This document shows, piece by piece, positions 1-13,985 of a stretch of DNA of 64,000 nucleotides (the stretch's first letter is position 1; every line of letters begins with the position of its first letter). The position numbers were made by a program, and so were the translations under genes. Under the pieces are notes generated by a model. It did not search any database, had not been told where the DNA came from, and worked only from the letters and a program-made list of their open reading frames with translations. This DNA comes from Bigelowiella natans CCMP2755 (taxonomy: Eukaryota; Protista; Cercozoa). The DNA lies in the NCBI GenBank assembly GCA_000320545.1, contig ADNK01002143.1, positions 1 to 64,000 on the forward strand, given 5' to 3'.

Positions 1-172
1 CAGTTATTCAATTTAATATATATATATATATAAATATATTTATATATGTAAATGAATAATAGGAGTATGGTGGATGGCTGGTGGCCCCAAGTTTAGGTTG
101 ATGACAAATAATATCATCACTCAAAAGTTGTTATCAACTCCCTTTCTCTCTTTCTTCCTCTTCCCCTTTCTC

Positions 173-219
<47 letters not shown>

Positions 220-413
220 ATCGTCGCACAAATATCATCATCATCATCATCTTATTCTACTGAAAGAAATATTTAGCATAGCAGCAGCAGCAGCAGCAGC
301 AGGGAATTTGTCAGGCATGCAGTTGTTGATCATAGCTTGTTTCTTGTTTCCTACTTCTGCTACCTACCTACTACTGCTACTACTCTTGTTCTTGTCCTAC
401 TTACTTCCCTCAG

Positions 414-491
414 GTAATGACAAGTGCTACATGTTTGTATCTTCTAGCTGCAGATATCCATCAAGCACCACGTAAGCAGCAGTAGTATTGA

Positions 492-523
<32 letters not shown>

Positions 524-900
524 ATAGTAGTAGAGGTGGTAGTAGTAGCCTAGTTCTTGTAGTATTTCCTATTGATGATGATGATGATGGTGATTATTAT
601 TATTATTAATAATAATAGAGCAACATGGGCACTTTGGAATGGAACTTCCTGGAGATATGACAAGAGAATCACAGTCAAAGGTCTTTGTATCTTGTAAGTA
701 TCATGACCAAAATAGTCCTAGTCGTCGTAGACATCATCTTCTGCTTTATTATCCCTCGTAGACTCTACAGTGCGAAGGCCATACCAGACACGATTTCACT
801 ACAATTGGTTATACTACTAACAATACAAACAACACACTGATTCTACACTATGACTACTACTACAATGATGATGATGATGATAGTGTAGAGAATAATGCTA

Positions 901-939
<39 letters not shown>

Positions 940-1368
940 AACTACTAGTACTAGTAGTAGTTATTTATACATATACTCAGTAGCTATTCTTCTTCTTCTT
1001 CTTCTTCATCTTTTAATACTACTACTGGTACCACTACAACTATAAAGGGATGGAGGGAACCCAGCATCAGAGGTTTGAATGCATAGATCATGTATATGTA
1101 TGTGCGTGCTTTGTGTGCGCTTTGTATAATGATAATAATAACAACTAGCATGGTTATATATCATGTATGTCCCTTGTTTGTGTGTTGGACGTGCTTTCCT
1201 CCTCGCAACCGTGTTGTTTATTATTCTTACTACACACTGTGACATACACGCATACATACTACTAGTAGTAGTAATACTACTACTAACTGCTACTGTGTTG
1301 TTCATAGATGCCAGATGTCATTCCCAAACCTTTATCTGAAACACAAGCAAAGGCTATTGAGGAAGAAG

Positions 1369-1409
<41 letters not shown>

Positions 1410-2019
1410 GATGATGATGTGATGATAGAAGGCATTATTGTCTCATAGGATCATCGTCACCATAAATTATCATGCGTTAATATCTCTTGTTGTTGTTGTT
1501 GTCGTTCAGAGCAGTAACAGAGTTTCCGGAGCCTCAGCTTGGAATTCTGCTGGAACATGGGAAGAAAAAGTGCTGCTACCACTTACCTGCTTTGCTTTGT
1601 TGTAGATTTATACATTTATATCATTAGTAGTGATGACAATCTACCATTGTGTTATGATTAACAGAGTGTAAAGATATGGGCAAGAGCAAGACTTGGCCAG
1701 CTAATTGAGGTGTGATTATTAGTTTGTTAGTTATAGGAGAAGGTATGCTTTCCTACTCTTCTGACAAGTAGTCTTACTAAACCTATCAAAATATCGAATA
1801 ATAGTTATAATAATACACATCGTCATCATCAACAATGATGTTGTAATTATCAATGTATCTAATTTGCTACTGCTGCGTGCATGCAGCACATAGGAGCTTT
1901 ACACGTCCAGGACGATGATGCTTCTTTTCCTGGGAATAGATGTCGTGGGGATGGTGGTGACGGCGGCAAGATTATTGTCTTTCGGATTATCAAAGTATTA
2001 TTAGTATTTGTATTAGTAA

Positions 2020-2052
<33 letters not shown>

Positions 2053-2809
2053 AGAAGTAGGATGGATGGATGGATGGATGGATGGATTGTAGCAAACAAT
2101 AATATTTATTTCTCCACTCATCATCAAGGAGAACCGCAACAACTGTGTTTTTATTGAGCACTTCATTATGTGCTTTTAAGTAGTATGTTGGGATGTTTCA
2201 ATACCAAGTATTAGTTACATGCCATAGATGTATGTGTGCGGGTGGGTGGGTTGGTGGGATTGTTGTTGTTAGCAAAACGTCGTATTAGTATCATCATCAT
2301 CATTATCGTCATTATCATCAATATTCGTAGAAGAAGAAGTGATGACAACAACATTATATCAATGCGATTTTTACCCTTCATTCGCTGCTACTTCCACGTA
2401 CTTGTCCTATTATAATCGCTGTTTTGTTCTTAATCACAATGTAAAGGTCAATTCAGTATCAGGAGAAGCAGATATTGTTTTTATAAGAAACAGGAGGTAG
2501 TAATCACAATATCTTCTCTTCCTAAAACTGCTGCTAGAGTTGCAGTATTAACACCACTGATATTGATATATCAGGAGATATGGAGTCGACATGGAAGCTA
2601 GAATATCAATAGATGTTCAAATGGATGCTCAAGTATACACATCATCTTCCACCACTATCATCACAACACTCCATCAAAATGAAAGCGATGATGCAATTAT
2701 AATTATAAAAATAGGAAGAAGAATAACAATGATGATGATCATGATGATGATAGGGAATCATGCCAGTGATGCTGCTGATAAGAAATGGAAGAGAAATGAG
2801 AAGAGAATA

Positions 2810-2853
<44 letters not shown>

Positions 2854-3029
2854 ACGAGATGAAATCAAACAACATAATTTAATTATCATGTGATTACTAT
2901 GAGTATGATTATCATCATCATACTACATTTGTATGTAAAGCAGAGCTTCACTCTCAATATAAAGGTGGAGTTGTCAAATAACCAGGTCATACTACAACTT
3001 CAATATATTCATATATCAAGGCCAATTCT

Positions 3030-3067
<38 letters not shown>

Positions 3068-3749
3068 CAGTGCGAGTATGTGAATGTTGTTGTTGTTGTT
3101 GTTGTTGATGATGATGATGATACGGCTTTTATTCATACATCTCATGCCAGTCATGATCGGGAAAAGGATTGCAATAATTTGGATGGCGTTCCTTTTTCTC
3201 TCTTCATATTTTTCACTTTCCTTTCCACAATTATCGGCTTTGCTTTTTCTATAATTATCTTCTTTCTTTTTTTCTTTTTCTTATCATTGCCATCGTTTTT
3301 TACACAGGGTACACTTCTGTTCTCCTGCATCAATTTTTGGGTTTCTTTCCTTTTTCTCTCTTTTCTCATTTTCTTTTGCTGAATGGTGTGTTAAAAAATA
3401 CCTCTTAGGCAGGATTGCCAGAATTTTCCATAGATTGGGGTGGTGGTGACTTCTGGAATATCAAGGTGGTAGGAGTAAAAGTAGTATTTACTTCGTTGTG
3501 TATCGTCTTAAACCTAAGAGTAACTACTCTCATAGGTTATTTTTCATGAATAATCACTAATCTCTATTATGTACGTACATGTTTGTAGAAAAGAGAAAGG
3601 ATAAAGAATGCAATAAAGAAAGGAGTCATTCCTCCTCTCTCAGATCAGGTATGCTAATCCTGTTTTTCAGTATAGCAATGTGTATCGATGATTTCTCGTT
3701 ATGAATGATTTAGGTGGCGACAATCATCGAAGAAATGAAAGATAAATAG
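414..3749 (+). CDS. Aha1 N-terminal domain (activator of Hsp90 ATPase) protein, multi-exon, 5' end uncertain
   Basis: GT-AG exons join to ...MPDVIPKPLSETQAKAIEEE|SSNRVSGASAWNSAGTWEEK|SVKIWARARLGQLIE...KIIVFRIIK|VNSVSGEADIVFIRNRR|RYGVDMEARISIDVQ...|VATIIEEMKDK* (TAG 3747-3749). SAWN-AGTWEEK and V-GEA-(x)-R match Aha1_N. Confidence 0.75.
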
Positions 3750-3874
3750 GGAGGAGGGAGGGCAGTAGTACCAGTAGCATTTGGCTGCATGTTTTCAGTG
3801 ATGTGTTGCATTGTCAGTAGGGACTACTAAGAGTCTAGACGATGATTCGTATCAAAACACTATTGGTAGTCCCT

Positions 3875-3906
<32 letters not shown>

Positions 3907-4591
3907 TGTAGTGGGAAATAAAACATAAGCGCGTATGCTCCTCAGTCCTGATAGCGATGTTCATCATTATTATCATCATCATGAGTGTCATCTTGATTAC
4001 ATGCTAGCATGCATGAAAATTGTCACATCTAGACTTACCTACCTACCTACAGCCATGCAGGCTATCAGGCTACACACCATGCCATAGCTAGTATAGCTGT
4101 TACGGTGCACCACTCGATGGTACTAAAATCTACCAATGTGAAGCTAGAATGTGTCTAGACGCGGTTGAGCGCCGTACGCACAACTATTCTCATTAGTCTA
4201 CATTTTGAGCTTTGTCTCGAGTATGTGTCTAGCGTATATAATAGCAGATAGACATCATCACTACAGGCTAGCAGGGCCATGCATAATGTGTATATATGTA
4301 TATATAGCGTAGCAGCAGCAGCTAGATATCATTATTGGGCCTCTATCTAGTCATGTTGTGCGGTTATAGAAAATCTGTAGCTATACGCTATGATCTAGAT
4401 GATCGATTAGCGCAGCAAGCAACACATCATCACCACAACGAAAGTTGCAGTGAATAAACAGGCATTGATTCCTTGAGATTGGGCTCGCAAGACACTACGT
4501 CGAATAAAGGCAAAATAAAGCAATGAGGGAACAAGCAACACTCGTTGGCGCCTCTAATCGTTGTTGATCGCAGCAAACCATATTGACATCA

Positions 4592-5175
4592 TTATTTCAT
4601 GCGTGGAACCAGATGAACAGAATGCTCAATGAGATCACACAATTCCGTAGCATCGTTAATGCCAAGCTTCAGGGATATTGGTATGTCCTACCATAATGTG
4701 CCCAGAGTTAGGTAATACTCATCTCAACTTATGATCAAACTTATAATTACCTGGAGAGTATTTAAGGTTTGCTGTACAGCCTTAGAAGTCTATAGCCAAG
4801 AATGAATATTAACTTTTGAGAAAATCGGATTAAATTGTGTATAGTGCTTTATAATGAGAACCTCCTTCAATACGTCCTCGATTCCTTGCATTTTATTGTT
4901 GACAACCGTTGGCATTTTGCTCAGAAATTTCCTAAAAAACGCAGCTTCATTTTAATTTGGGGTAGTAGCACAATAAAGCTCTGTATCTATACCTATTTTT
5001 CCCGATGAGGCTGAAGACGGCGGGACTCATCGTTATTCTAGCTGGATCGGATAGCGGGAACGACGACGCATTTACATCTTCCAAGCCTTTTTCCTCATAT
5101 CCATTGCCATCATCCAGTTTGGTATCAGGAAACAAACCTGAATCATCATCATCATGGTATCAGGAAACAAACCTG

Positions 5176-5208
<33 letters not shown>

Positions 5209-5644
5209 CGATTAATTTAGCGGAAGAAGAACTACGGTGGAATTGCTATGGTGAGGGACTCACCACTCATTGCCTTCTTTGTTGCGTTTTCATCATCATC
5301 ATCAGTATTGCTACCAGGCTTCAGCATAGTAAGGTGTGGCATATTATTATTTCCCTGTGAAAGTGTAAATCATTTATTGCCATCATCCAAACAACATAAA
5401 TCAGAAAATTAGCGCGTATTTACAGCCTGCTTTTATACCGTGGTTTCTTCCTCTGATTTTCCTCCTGATTTGACATCACCCTCGCTGGAAGCATTTTCTT
5501 CAAATAAAGCAGCATTTGGTTGAAGGGTCTGCTCTTCCTGCTGTGTGTGGCGTAGACATGAATGAAAAAATACACTTTTTTTTTCAATATCATCCTCACC
5601 TCATTGTCTGTAGATTCATCGTCCTCCCCTAGCACGGTGCTCAT
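4592..5644 (-). CDS. Hypothetical protein: acidic disordered N-half, short predicted helical C-half, about 7 exons
   Basis: MSTVLGEDDESTDNE|QEEQTLQPNAALFEE...|GNNNMPHL...|GLFPDTKLDDG...LIGKN|RKFLSKMPTVVNNKMQGIEDVLKE|TSKAVQQTLNTLQ|DIPISLKLGINDATELCDLIEHSVHLVPRMK*. Consistent GT-AG phases; no family recognised. Confidence 0.6.
5121..5190. repeat. 35-bp tandem duplication covering a splice acceptor
   Basis: ggtatcaggaaacaaacctgaatcatcatcatcat at 5121 and again at 5156. Confidence 0.9.
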
Positions 5645-5965
5645 CTTCCTCAAGTCTCCCCCTCTCAAGACAATGAAGATCGAGAGTCCGTTCTCTATAT
5701 TCTTAGTCGCACCCTATTTCTTCCTTGCGACAAGCAGACAGAAGGCTATTTCTGCCTTTGCGACAAATCATTCTGGGAGCATACCAGAGCTTGGCATGTA
5801 GTCATGTAGTCGACTGCTCAAGATTTATGAAATGTTTGCAGGCAACAATGAGCATGAGACAAAGATTCATGTGCTATTATTAAATCATGCTGATTTTATG
5901 TCTTATTTACTAGGAACAACAACCACTAATTTCATTTTCGCTCATGCCATACAAGTACGACTTCC

Positions 5966-7466
5966 ATGGATAAATGGATGATGCCAAGGTTTTACGATCG
6001 ATCAGTACTACCATATGCATTACCTGTGCATGTTGGAACTTCAAGGAACTTTAACGACGCATATCTAGCAAGATGTTTCCGCCTGATGCTTACAAATTTG
6101 CAGAATTCGGATTCACCAATCCTGGAACCTCAGCAGGATTGTGAAAACAATGACCACAAATACTTAAATGAAATCGAAGATAATTCGGACAGCATCGATT
6201 CCTATCTTCAAGATGCAGAACTCTTTGTGGAGATTTTTAAATATTTGCCAGGCAATAAACCATCTCTGAGCACGAATGTTACTTTTCTATCGTATATCTT
6301 GGTACGATCTCAAACAAAATAATCTGCAATTTAGCTTTCGATGTACACAAGAGGCTGAAAATGGTATCAAAAACTTGGCTTCGACGTGCGAAAGATGATT
6401 ATCTATGGATGTACTTATGTGAACCTTACTGGCCAAAGGTCAGTTAACCATTTGTTGGACCGTGACACTTAGTAATCATATGCTGTTCTTGAGTGATATT
6501 GTTTTGTTAAGATTGTATTGAGGCGGTCTCTTCGCAAGTACAAAAGCTGGACGTCAATGTTCCTTCGGAGACCTCACGTTAACTTTGATGGTGATTACCA
6601 TCGGTGAACAGCGGCAAAGTACTTGATTCAATTTTTATAGGTATCTATGTTTACGAGAAAGCCTATTGGAAGACGGCAACTTTAATGGGCCATTTGACAT
6701 TGGAGAGGAAAGCTGTAAAGTATGACTAGCTCAACTCGTTTGGCAAGTTTCGTTTTCACTATTGGAGGTGATTATTCTCTGTTGATAATGAAATTAGGTG
6801 TGCGTACTACAGGTGCTCCAAGCTCCATCCACCTTGTCTGTTTGTTCTAATTCTATTTGTTGTACACATCCGTTTCAAATAATTGGAATGAAATTTAAGA
6901 TATCTTCGATTTTTCCCGAATGGGCGAGCACTTTACGCACTTGTAAACCTTGAGCCAAGGAGAATGATTTCTCAAGTATATTCTGGAAGTTCTAAGGTCC
7001 ACGAGGGATTGTACAAGGTATTTTCTGAATGTTGCATATAATTGTAACGCAAAAACGACTAGTAAGATCTTTATAGAGGGCCATCTCACAAAATAATTGA
7101 CTTTCAGCTTTTAGAAAACTGAATATTAACAATTACAGGTCCGAAAAGGAATTGTATTTATCGTAGTTCATGTCGGGTACATGAAAGTGTCAATGAAACT
7201 CAAAATCTACAATCGTAAGGGATGGTGCGTAATACATTTTATATTACTTTCTGATAATCTTTCATCACCATTTGGTTAATGTAGGTTCGGCCGTATGCGT
7301 ATTGAATCCCTGGAAGGAACTGATCCCAAAAATGGGGAAGTCATGTGCCCATTAGTTCCTTTCTTTCTTTTCATGATTTCTCCTTGCATATCCTGGGTTA
7401 TAGGTAACGTCGTTTCCGGTAGACAAAGAACCCTTTTTATTCCACAGGCTGGCGGTGATGAAATGA
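5966..7466 (+). CDS. FBXO9: F-box protein, FBXO9/Hrt3/FBP7 family
   Basis: F-box LQDAELFVEIFKYLP|AFDVHKRLKMVSKTWLRRAKDDYLWMYLC, then MFLRRPHVNFDG|IYV and YY|RYLRFFPNG, the hallmark FBXO9/Hrt3 motifs. Ends ...LAVMK* (TGA 7464-7466). Start codon approximate. Confidence 0.8.
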
Positions 7467-8525
7467 TAATATTGCGAAATCACAACACTTTTAAGCAGTA
7501 TAATTCAATATGTACAGCATGAGCAGACGCATCGCCGGGGCGACTGATAGTTAGTATAAACTGCTTCCTAGATATCATTTGGGCTTATTCCAGCAATGCA
7601 ATAGCCAAAATCCATGTCTAGATGTGCATTAATCCTATGACCTTCTTTAATTCCTAATCTGATATGAGTGAAGTCCCGCTCGCGTAATGGCTAGATGGAT
7701 AATTACTTTACCTTAATGATTGCAACATGTGCACTACAAGAGCTGGTAACACATGCGACATTGACAGATCTAGAGATTCTACAATAATGCTACGTTGCTG
7801 ACTCGTGCATTGCACAATCACATGTTGTAACCCAGCATGTGGTAATGGACATAAGGAATCTACTAGCTACGCATTTAATGCGAACACACATTTCACAACT
7901 AACATGCCATGCTAGCATGTTTAATGTCCATTACTCGCTTCAATCGGTTAGGATGACTAGATTTGCTGTGTGTTCGATGTGTATATGGATGATGACTTGC
8001 TAGCTGGCCTGCGGCTCAGAACGCTCTAGCTTCACCGCGTGTACGAGCTTGCGCATCGTTTACCATCAAGCTAGCAAGTCGGGTCGTATCGGTCCACATC
8101 ATCAGACGCTGTTACTACAAGCTGGGCACATGCATCGTATTTTTCACCGACATAATAATGACACGGTACGCACTCATACACAGCCAGCAATGACAGTCTA
8201 GCAGTGCTCTGTGATCATCATGCATGCGCCATGCTAGCATGGCTAGATGGTGCACTCGCCAAATCGAAGATGCATTGCCCGCTAGCCCGGCCTGACTAGC
8301 TGGCATTTTCGGGATCAGAATCTGCAATAACGAGAGCTTGTTGTCTCTTTGTGGTTTTCTGCGCCTTTTTTTGTTCTTCGCAGAGCTAGTACGCGCACTA
8401 CAGCATGATCTCTAGATCTAATGCATGGGTTGTTGATGCCATGCGATGAGTGAGCAGTAGTGGCGTTACCCTGCGGCCATGCAGCAAGTCTTAGTTGACC
8501 TTACATTCTGTCCGGAGCTATTTAA

Positions 8526-10010
8526 TCATGCCGACGGTTTCTCCTTTATTTGATCTAGTTGATTTCCATCCGAAGAGGGTGACATTTTATTGCCACCTCC
8601 TGAGTTATTCCCTTTGCCTCTCCACCCTGCTGCTGCTGCCATGTTTTTTGGTGCAGGCGTAACCGGGATATGCTCTATTGATACCTTCACAAGTGAAATA
8701 GAAGTAACATACCATACAAAAGCATCAGCACCAGGAAAACATGACAACTTGGTCACAGTCGTTGTAATATGCTACATCTTTTGCTGTATTTTCATGCGTG
8801 AATGGTGGGAGGAGTTTTGATTATGAATTTTGGTTTGCTGTACAGCACCACAGCCGATGAAACGCACATAACAAAAACCGGCAGCATAGCATCGTTACTT
8901 ATGAAAAACTGATGATGGTGATGTTGATACTCGCAATCATCATCATCATCATCATCATTAAGACAAAATGGATTCACCTCTTCTTCCGGTATGGTTTGAA
9001 TATGTGGTGGTTCCCATGACGATTCTCCCGTCTTTAGGTTGAAGAAGTAGAGTTGTCCGTGCTCAGAGTCGCGATGTGCACTCCAGCCATCTGGAAGTCG
9101 CATGTCAATACTGCTGCTGCTTTGGTGTTCGCTATGACTATCTTGTGATAGCGCGGCAATCTTTGCAGAAGTTATCGTGGAGTTTGATGTAGCATGGCGT
9201 TCGAAAGGTCTCATAGCGTCTCGTTTGTTGTCGTCGTGATTCTTAATCACCCCACTTCTTCCATGCACCGAAGATGAAGAAGAAGAAGAGGGAGGGGGGG
9301 TTGTTGTTTTCACGTCGTCGTATTTCTCGAGACTCACCACCTGTCGCTCCTAATGCCAAAGCAGTATTAGGCACAACGTTCGTTTGAGGAAAGGCCAAAA
9401 AAGTAGCACTTGAATGGAAATTCATGAAACGTGAAAATGATGTCCTGTAAATATACCTTCTTGTCCCGACTATGGAACGCCTTCATCTTGTTCATACTAA
9501 TCATGTTTGTACTTCGTCTGTTTTGGAAACTCTCCCTGTCCGTTTGTAGACACACTTTCGATCTCAGATAGAACACGACGAAGGCCAGAAACATTATCAC
9601 TATTACAACGTGAGCAGCAATTATGATTGCCCTTACAAAGTCGGCAAACCCACTACTGTTTCCGTCTCTGTTCTCATCTGCAACTGTTGTCAGTACCATC
9701 AAGGCCGCAGATCCAAAGAACTTGGACAAGTTTATCACGGATAGAATACGGTTGCGCCATCGTTGAACGCATGGAGTCATACATGTATACATCGCCGCTT
9801 GGAATCCAAAGATCGTCGCCATCAAACCGCTCTGGGGTATTATTAGCATCTAGTAACTAGATGTTTGCTTAGGTGTTTGTGTGCGAAATATAAGTTATAG
9901 TCCTGATATTAAGACATGATAGCTTCCTTCAACGCGGCAGCCATTATTATAAAGGATACACCACCCAGATGTATCATGATTATACACATGACGCACATAT
10001 ATGTATAATA

Positions 10011-10054
<44 letters not shown>

Positions 10055-10952
10055 GTGTGTGTGTGTGTGTAATTAATTATTCGAGGTGCTTCCTATTGGT
10101 TTAGAACTTAGACTTTAAGAAAAATACCATTAAGGCGGCGTTAACACTGAGAAGCGCCAACAACACACCGATAAGCACCTGCGAACAACGAAAAGAACCT
10201 TGACATTGTTTTCAGTCGCAGCTAAAAAAGAGATGTTTACACATAATGTGACTGTGTGCGGAATATGACTGCGTGTGTGCGTGTGCGTGTGTAGGTTACC
10301 CGGATGGATAAGTCGACAATCGCTAGGTAAAAGTACTCGTCTTCATAGTGAGAGCAGAGAACCTTGGAATAACAACAATCGTCAGATATGTTACATTGAA
10401 TCCTGAATTAACGCAGAAACGACGGGTAGATACTTTATCGATGGAAGTCCAAACAGCGTAGCCAAATAAACCTTCTTCAAACTGTGAAAATGTAGAAGAA
10501 AAAAGCAAGTATTCTTTGTATTGACTATAAGCAATGGTGGGCATGGGCATGGGCAAGAAGAAGAGCAAGAATAGAGTATATATCATATTTTATTTGAAAC
10601 AACAACCGTGTTCGTTACGTGCTGAATGTAATCATGCATAGCACCATCTAATTGTGATAATAATAGGTAGTAGTGACTTCTATATGATGATAAGATTTCG
10701 CATCTTATTTACCGTGCGTCCCTTTCTATCCACAACCTCATATATGATCAATGCCATACCCGCCGCCAAGAAAACCAGTGTCATACCTTTTCAAGTCAGA
10801 GCAGATTTTGATCGTTGCAATGTAGCGTGTGTTTAGTAAACACATTTTTTATGCTGTCGGTAGTACACACTTGGAAGAATTTTGAGGCCTACATTTGCCA
10901 TTTCAGTACCCAATTGCAGCTCATACGCTGCCCCCAATGACAGAGACCCTCT

Positions 10953-11020
<68 letters not shown>

Positions 11021-11484
11021 GCAGGAATGGATTTCATCTACATAATATTTATTCGTGGCTTTACATAGATGAACCAATGATCGGTCTCACTCTCCTCAAT
11101 CTGTGTCTTGGGATGTGTGTATACTGTGCTAGGGATGGTGATACGATTACATACATAGAAAGATTGCATAGTCGCACAGCGTTCTTGAAAATAGTGATAG
11201 TCAATTTCCTCCTCCTCTCCTTCCTTTTCTCCTCCTCCTCTCCTTGGTTTCCGGCAATATCCATTAAAGACGTTGTTATTCCAAACAGGCAGACAACGAA
11301 GAGTACCCCCATTATGCTGATCCACATTACTTCCAACACGTTTGATGGCATTACACCAGCCAAGATCAAGAAAGAGCCAATTGGATCGCTCTCCCTAACG
11401 ATAATTTTAACGAGGATGATGATGGTGATGAGTAGGAGAAGGAAGAAGAGGGCTACAGAGGAATTGAATTGAGGAGCTTATTCA

Positions 11485-11522
<38 letters not shown>

Positions 11523-13518
11523 TTCAACCTTGGAGTATTCGTCGTTTCAGATTGTGAGAAGTATGGTATGATGAAAGCTGCCCAAGAGAATGATACGCCA
11601 AGAGACCGCAGTACAGGGCCTGTGCTAAGAAACCCTACCATTCCTTGATATGCTACAAATTGACAGTAGTCTATGAATAGAAGAGATATCATTGGATCTG
11701 CTGATGGGACTCCTAGGAGGCCTCCGCCGCCTCCGCTTCCCCCCCCTAATGTATGTATATATGTGTGTGTTTTTATACGAATATGATATTCCATAATGCT
11801 TGTAGTACCAGCTGCAACTGCAATGGTCGCGGCCGCAGTAAGAGCTACAACAGCTGTTGTAGAAGCTGTCAACAATGCATCATTTGATAATGTGCATTCT
11901 GGAGAAGAAGAAGAAGAAGAAGAAGAAGAAGAAGAAGATGGAGACCACGAACACGCCGACACATTGCAAAACAGATGTCCTTGTGACGAGGAGTCCCTAT
12001 CATCGCTGAAGCTTAATCCATCTTTACAATCAACGTGTGCGTATTGAACCTGCAAGAAATTTTGAATGAGAGTGCTGTAGAGAAATATAGAGAGGGGAGG
12101 GGGAAGGGAGTGTATGTACATATTAGGATATATGTAACGTATGGATTGTTTGGTGATGGTTGTTGTATAGACCGTTTTATTCCCTAGTGCACAGTCGTAA
12201 ATGGCACCGGAGGGACAGGAAGTAGAATTGCCATCATGTGAAATCTAACAATTAAATCATTGTGCAATAGCAGTAACAAATCATGCAAGGGGGAGGAAGG
12301 AGGGACTTTGTAGTAGGCACCTACTCGCATTTTATGTCTAGAAATGTGTTGTGTGAATGCAAAATGATGCAGAGCATGACAGTCAAAGTAGCAAGAGGAA
12401 CAAGTATTCGAGAAGAGAAAGAGAGTATACGAGATATCATCTACCTTCGAAACACATGACGCTTCTCTATCAAGGCACATGTTTTGACCTGATCAGGATT
12501 CAAATCATTTACCCACATTTGAATAATTCGAAATCTACCATCGCATTCATTTCACGATACTGACATCATTTAACTAGACTACTCTTTCCACTGCTGCTGC
12601 TACTGCTATCATATCAACAACCTGTGCACGATGAACATGATTGTGTAAATTTCGTCACAACTGCATATTCGATGTTCAGATCTCCGCATTCACAAAGGAC
12701 CGGTGCTGCAGTAGAGGGAGTTGCCGTGGAAGGAGATACGGTTGGGGTTTGAGTAGGGCTTGAGGTGCAAAAGCCGCAAGTGAAAGCGTTCGTACATCGC
12801 GAACAGATAACGCCGCTATCCTGATTGGGTCGACCCGAGGACCCTGCTTGAGTGATACTACATTCGTGCATTTTCACATAATACTACGTTAAGATCATCG
12901 AAGTAGTATTCTACAAATTTATTGTGCATAAATAAAGGCCACCACACATAGTTTTCTTCTAAGGCTAAGAATCTCATTAAAGAAATATCTCTCATGTCCA
13001 ACGGACTACATCCGCATTCAAAATCAGGTCCTCTCCGGGTAAATGAGTTGGTGTGTCGTTGTTTTTTTATAACATAATGATAGTATGGCACTAATTGCAT
13101 GTGGTGACAGCAGCAGGAAACCTGGTGTAACGATAGCACTTCTGATAATCAGATGAACCGCTCCCCTTGACGTACGTAAATGCTACACAAGTGGACAACT
13201 ACCACCGAGTATAGTATAACAACACATATGTTAGTGACAAGTATTAAATTAGATCTACTGAGGAGATTGTGGATCTCACCGCTTCACAGAGAGAATAGCA
13301 TGCACTCGTAGATGCGATGTTGGCGGGGGAGTCAAAATAGGGCTGCAGCCAATCATAATTGCTGATTGATTATCGTTGGAAGAGGATCGTGAGACAACAA
13401 CTGTACTAGCAACCGACTGCATAAACAAGGTTTCTCGATAATAATACCTGATAATCTCTGCAGACGTAGTATACACGAGAAGAAATAACACAATAATTCT
13501 AATAATGAATAAACCCAT
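8526..13518 (-). CDS. Membrane protein: signal peptide, Cys-rich ectodomain with S/T/P stalk, TRP/FLC-like multi-pass region, cytosolic WW domain
   Basis: Signal MGLFIIRIIVLFLLVYTTSA. Cys-rich exons (CSRCTNAFTCGFC, TSSPTQTPTVSPSTATPS). TM block DPMISLLFIDYCQFVAYQGMVGFLSTGPVLRSLGVSFSWAAFIIP plus further hydrophobic exons at 11061-11400 and 9480-10480. WW domain LPDGWSAHRDSEHGQLYFFNLKTGESSWEPP (~9010-9100). The 3' end (8526 vs 8792) depends on splicing. Confidence 0.7.
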
Positions 13519-13985
13519 GAGCTTTAAGCTTTAAGGCAGTTACAGCTGCTTTAAGTTGGTGGGGGGAGGTAGCATGAGCGTGATCAGTTATTATTTTGAT
13601 GTCAGACAGAGTCGGTTATTTTCGGTTATCTCCTACCTGACAAACCAATCCGAGACATGTATAATTACTACGAGCTGTTAGGGTTAAGATGTTTAATTGA
13701 TAAAAAATGGACTAAAATGATACCACAGAGAATCTTCCAATCCAATCCTAACAACATGATGCACATGTGTACATTACTATATAGGCTGTAGGATGTTTCT
13801 CCGATTAAAAAGGGAGAGTAGTGAGTTTTGAAGAATCACATAAGTACTAAGATAAATCCTATGTGGTTTTTATGGTGCGACAATAAAACTATGTTCTTTT
13901 TTGTGATAAATTGCCTAGAACTGCTCCTCAAGAAGGAATTAACCACACCTCCTCCTCCTCCCTCCTCCTCCTCCTCCTCCTCCCG

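Noticed and set aside
1006-3382. ORFs with poly-T/H/I/ER/HT runs here and throughout the window
   Set aside because: Translations of intronic microsatellites.
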